Of a stretch of 64,000 nt of DNA, positions 62,125 through 64,000 are shown piece by piece. The notes below the pieces were generated by a model that was not told the origin of the DNA, ran no database searches, and worked only from the letters and a program-made list of their open reading frames with translations. The DNA lies in assembly GCA_030390025.1 (NCBI GenBank), contig CM059438.1:64172001-64236000 (forward strand). The letters are read 5' to 3'. The number at the start of each line of letters is the position of its first letter. Positions within the stretch are counted from its first letter, which is position 1. Made by a program: the position numbers and the translations under genes. This DNA comes from Squalus acanthias (taxonomy: Eukaryota).

Positions 62125-63335
62125 AGAAGAGGCCAGAAACTTCCACAGTGGTGGAGGAGGGGCAATCAGAGGGATCATCATCACCACTGGCTGCACTGTT
62201 GCAACTTCTCACAGTTGGTTTGAAAGCACCACTGGTAGAGGCCTGGGGGACAGCAGGTCAACCCCATTGTGCACAGTGCGTTGAAAGAAGAGAGTAAGAA
62301 AGGGAGACGAAAAGCTTTTTTTTTTGAGGTGGAAGAAGTCTCTCCCTGGAAAAAGAATTTATGGAGTTGCATTCTTTAATTTGACACCAGTGGTGGGTGG
62401 AAATGCTCAGATTGTAGCTATAAGAATGAGACAAAATAACTGAATGCTTCATAGGGTCTGATGAGATCCTTTGATGATTCTATGCCCTGTACCTAACTGC
62501 ATGAAGTAAAGATTCCCATCATTGCTTAACAGATGGGGAATTACATACAGAGTCAAGCAGACCTAACAAAACAATTCATGAGAGAATTGGCCTGTTGTTT
62601 ATATATAAATCAATATAAATTCACATAAATTACTAACTCATTCCAGTTTAAAGTGGCAACGTACTCTATCATGAATGCACACAATGAAGAGAGCTGTAGA
62701 AGAGTCAATGATGCAGTGGTGTCATTGTCTCACCAAATGTGCCCGCAGGGGGCATTGCTGGTTGCATGAGAGTAGATACTGCACCTGTTCACTCAGACAC
62801 TGGTGTCAGGACAGGCTGCAAAAAGACAAGGGGATTAAAAATATTCCCAAAATAACCCTGTAGTAATAAAATTTGAAACCAAAGATGTGGAATCAAGCCT
62901 TACACAGCGATTGTTATTTAGCAATGTTTCTCTTTCTTTGATCTTTGATTCATCCATAGTCTGACCAGATGTGCAAAAACCTGCCTGGGGAATGAGTTGT
63001 AAATGTTTGGAGAAAATCATTCAACAAGGTGCAGCAAACCTGTTACATTAGTGAACCTTCTAATTTTAGGATATTAACGCTCCCCCCCCCCCCCATCGTC
63101 TCCAATTTGACCATTCCTCATTCCACACTGCGATCCTTTGATGAGTCGTGATGCAGGCTACGCCAATGGCGGTGAGGTGTGCTAGGGTAGCCCAGGCCTT
63201 TTATTTTTTGTCCACCTTTGCGGGGAAGTTCTTGTGGGGTCCTATTGCCAAACTGGCTCATATCAAAACATTACTGTGACGGGAACTGCAGGTAACGTGA
63301 CATAGGGCATTGAGTTACTGTCCCAATATACTTCG

Positions 63336-63800
63336 GTCAGCCGTGGCTCAGTGGGTAGCACTCTCATCTCTGAGTCGGAAGGTTGTGGGTTCAAGCCCCA
63401 CTCCAGAGACTTGAGCACAAAAATCTAGGCCGACACTCCAGTGCAGTGCTGAGGGAGTGCTGCACTGTCGGAGGTGCTGTCTTTCAGATGAGACGTTAAA
63501 CTGAGGACATGTCTGCTCTCTCAGGTGGACGTAAAAGATCTCATTGCACTATGTCCAAGAAGAGCAGGGGAGTTATCCCTGGTATCCTGTCTAATATTTA
63601 TCCCTCAATCAACACCTAAAACAGATTATCTGGTCATTATCACATTGCTGTTTGTGGGAGCTTGCTGTGCGCAAACTGGCTGCCGTGTTTCCCACATTAC
63701 AACAGTGACTCCACTTCAGAAGTACTTCATTGGCTGTAAAGCGCTTTGGGACGTCCTGAGGTCGTGAAAAGCGCTATATAAATGCAAGTCTTTTTTTCTT
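63336..63800 (+). mobile_element. Complete tRNA-derived Deu-domain SINE
   Basis: A box TGGCTCAGTGG, B box GGTTCAAGCC, Deu-like core and L2-like tail GCGCTATATAAATGCAAGTC. Confidence 0.92.
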
Positions 63801-64000
63801 ACTGTTACATTTGTACCCTAGATCTACCTGGAAATCACTATGTGTCCTTCTTCTAGGAAGTAGGAACTAAACCACCTCTCTCTCACATAGCAAGTCCTAT
63901 GTTGTTTGAGCTAAGTTAATTATTCAATATAACGTAGTTAATGTTTATTCTTTGAGAAGATTTAATGCTACATTATAATCAGTGTGCCAAAATTGACCCC

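Noticed and set aside
63336..63410. tRNA gene
   Set aside because: It is the head of a SINE that continues into core and tail. The same applies to 16450-16526 and 14889-14975.

Overview
Eukaryotic, repeat-dominated DNA. The repeat content (CR1, L2 and RTE LINEs, Deu-domain tRNA SINEs, many Harbinger families) suggests a cartilaginous fish, which is an inference. No intact host protein-coding gene, rRNA, genuine tRNA or CRISPR array is recognisable. The window is a stack of nested transposable elements. It holds one full-length two-gene Harbinger (spliced Myb/SANT gene convergent with a HARBI1-type transposase), a dozen or so Harbinger deletion derivatives and MITEs, most with 3-bp TSDs, and a near-intact Tigger/pogo element. 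It also holds three solo LTRs, two Penelope-type fragments with minimal hammerhead ribozyme motifs, SINEs and a 30-bp minisatellite. The most unusual object is a LINE at about 14889-18478. It has no ORF1, begins with a tRNA-derived Pol III promoter (A and B boxes, duplicated anticodon arm), and its sense strand almost lacks TTTT Pol III terminators. It is therefore a candidate Pol III-transcribed, RT-encoding retrotransposon. All coordinates and counts were read by eye.
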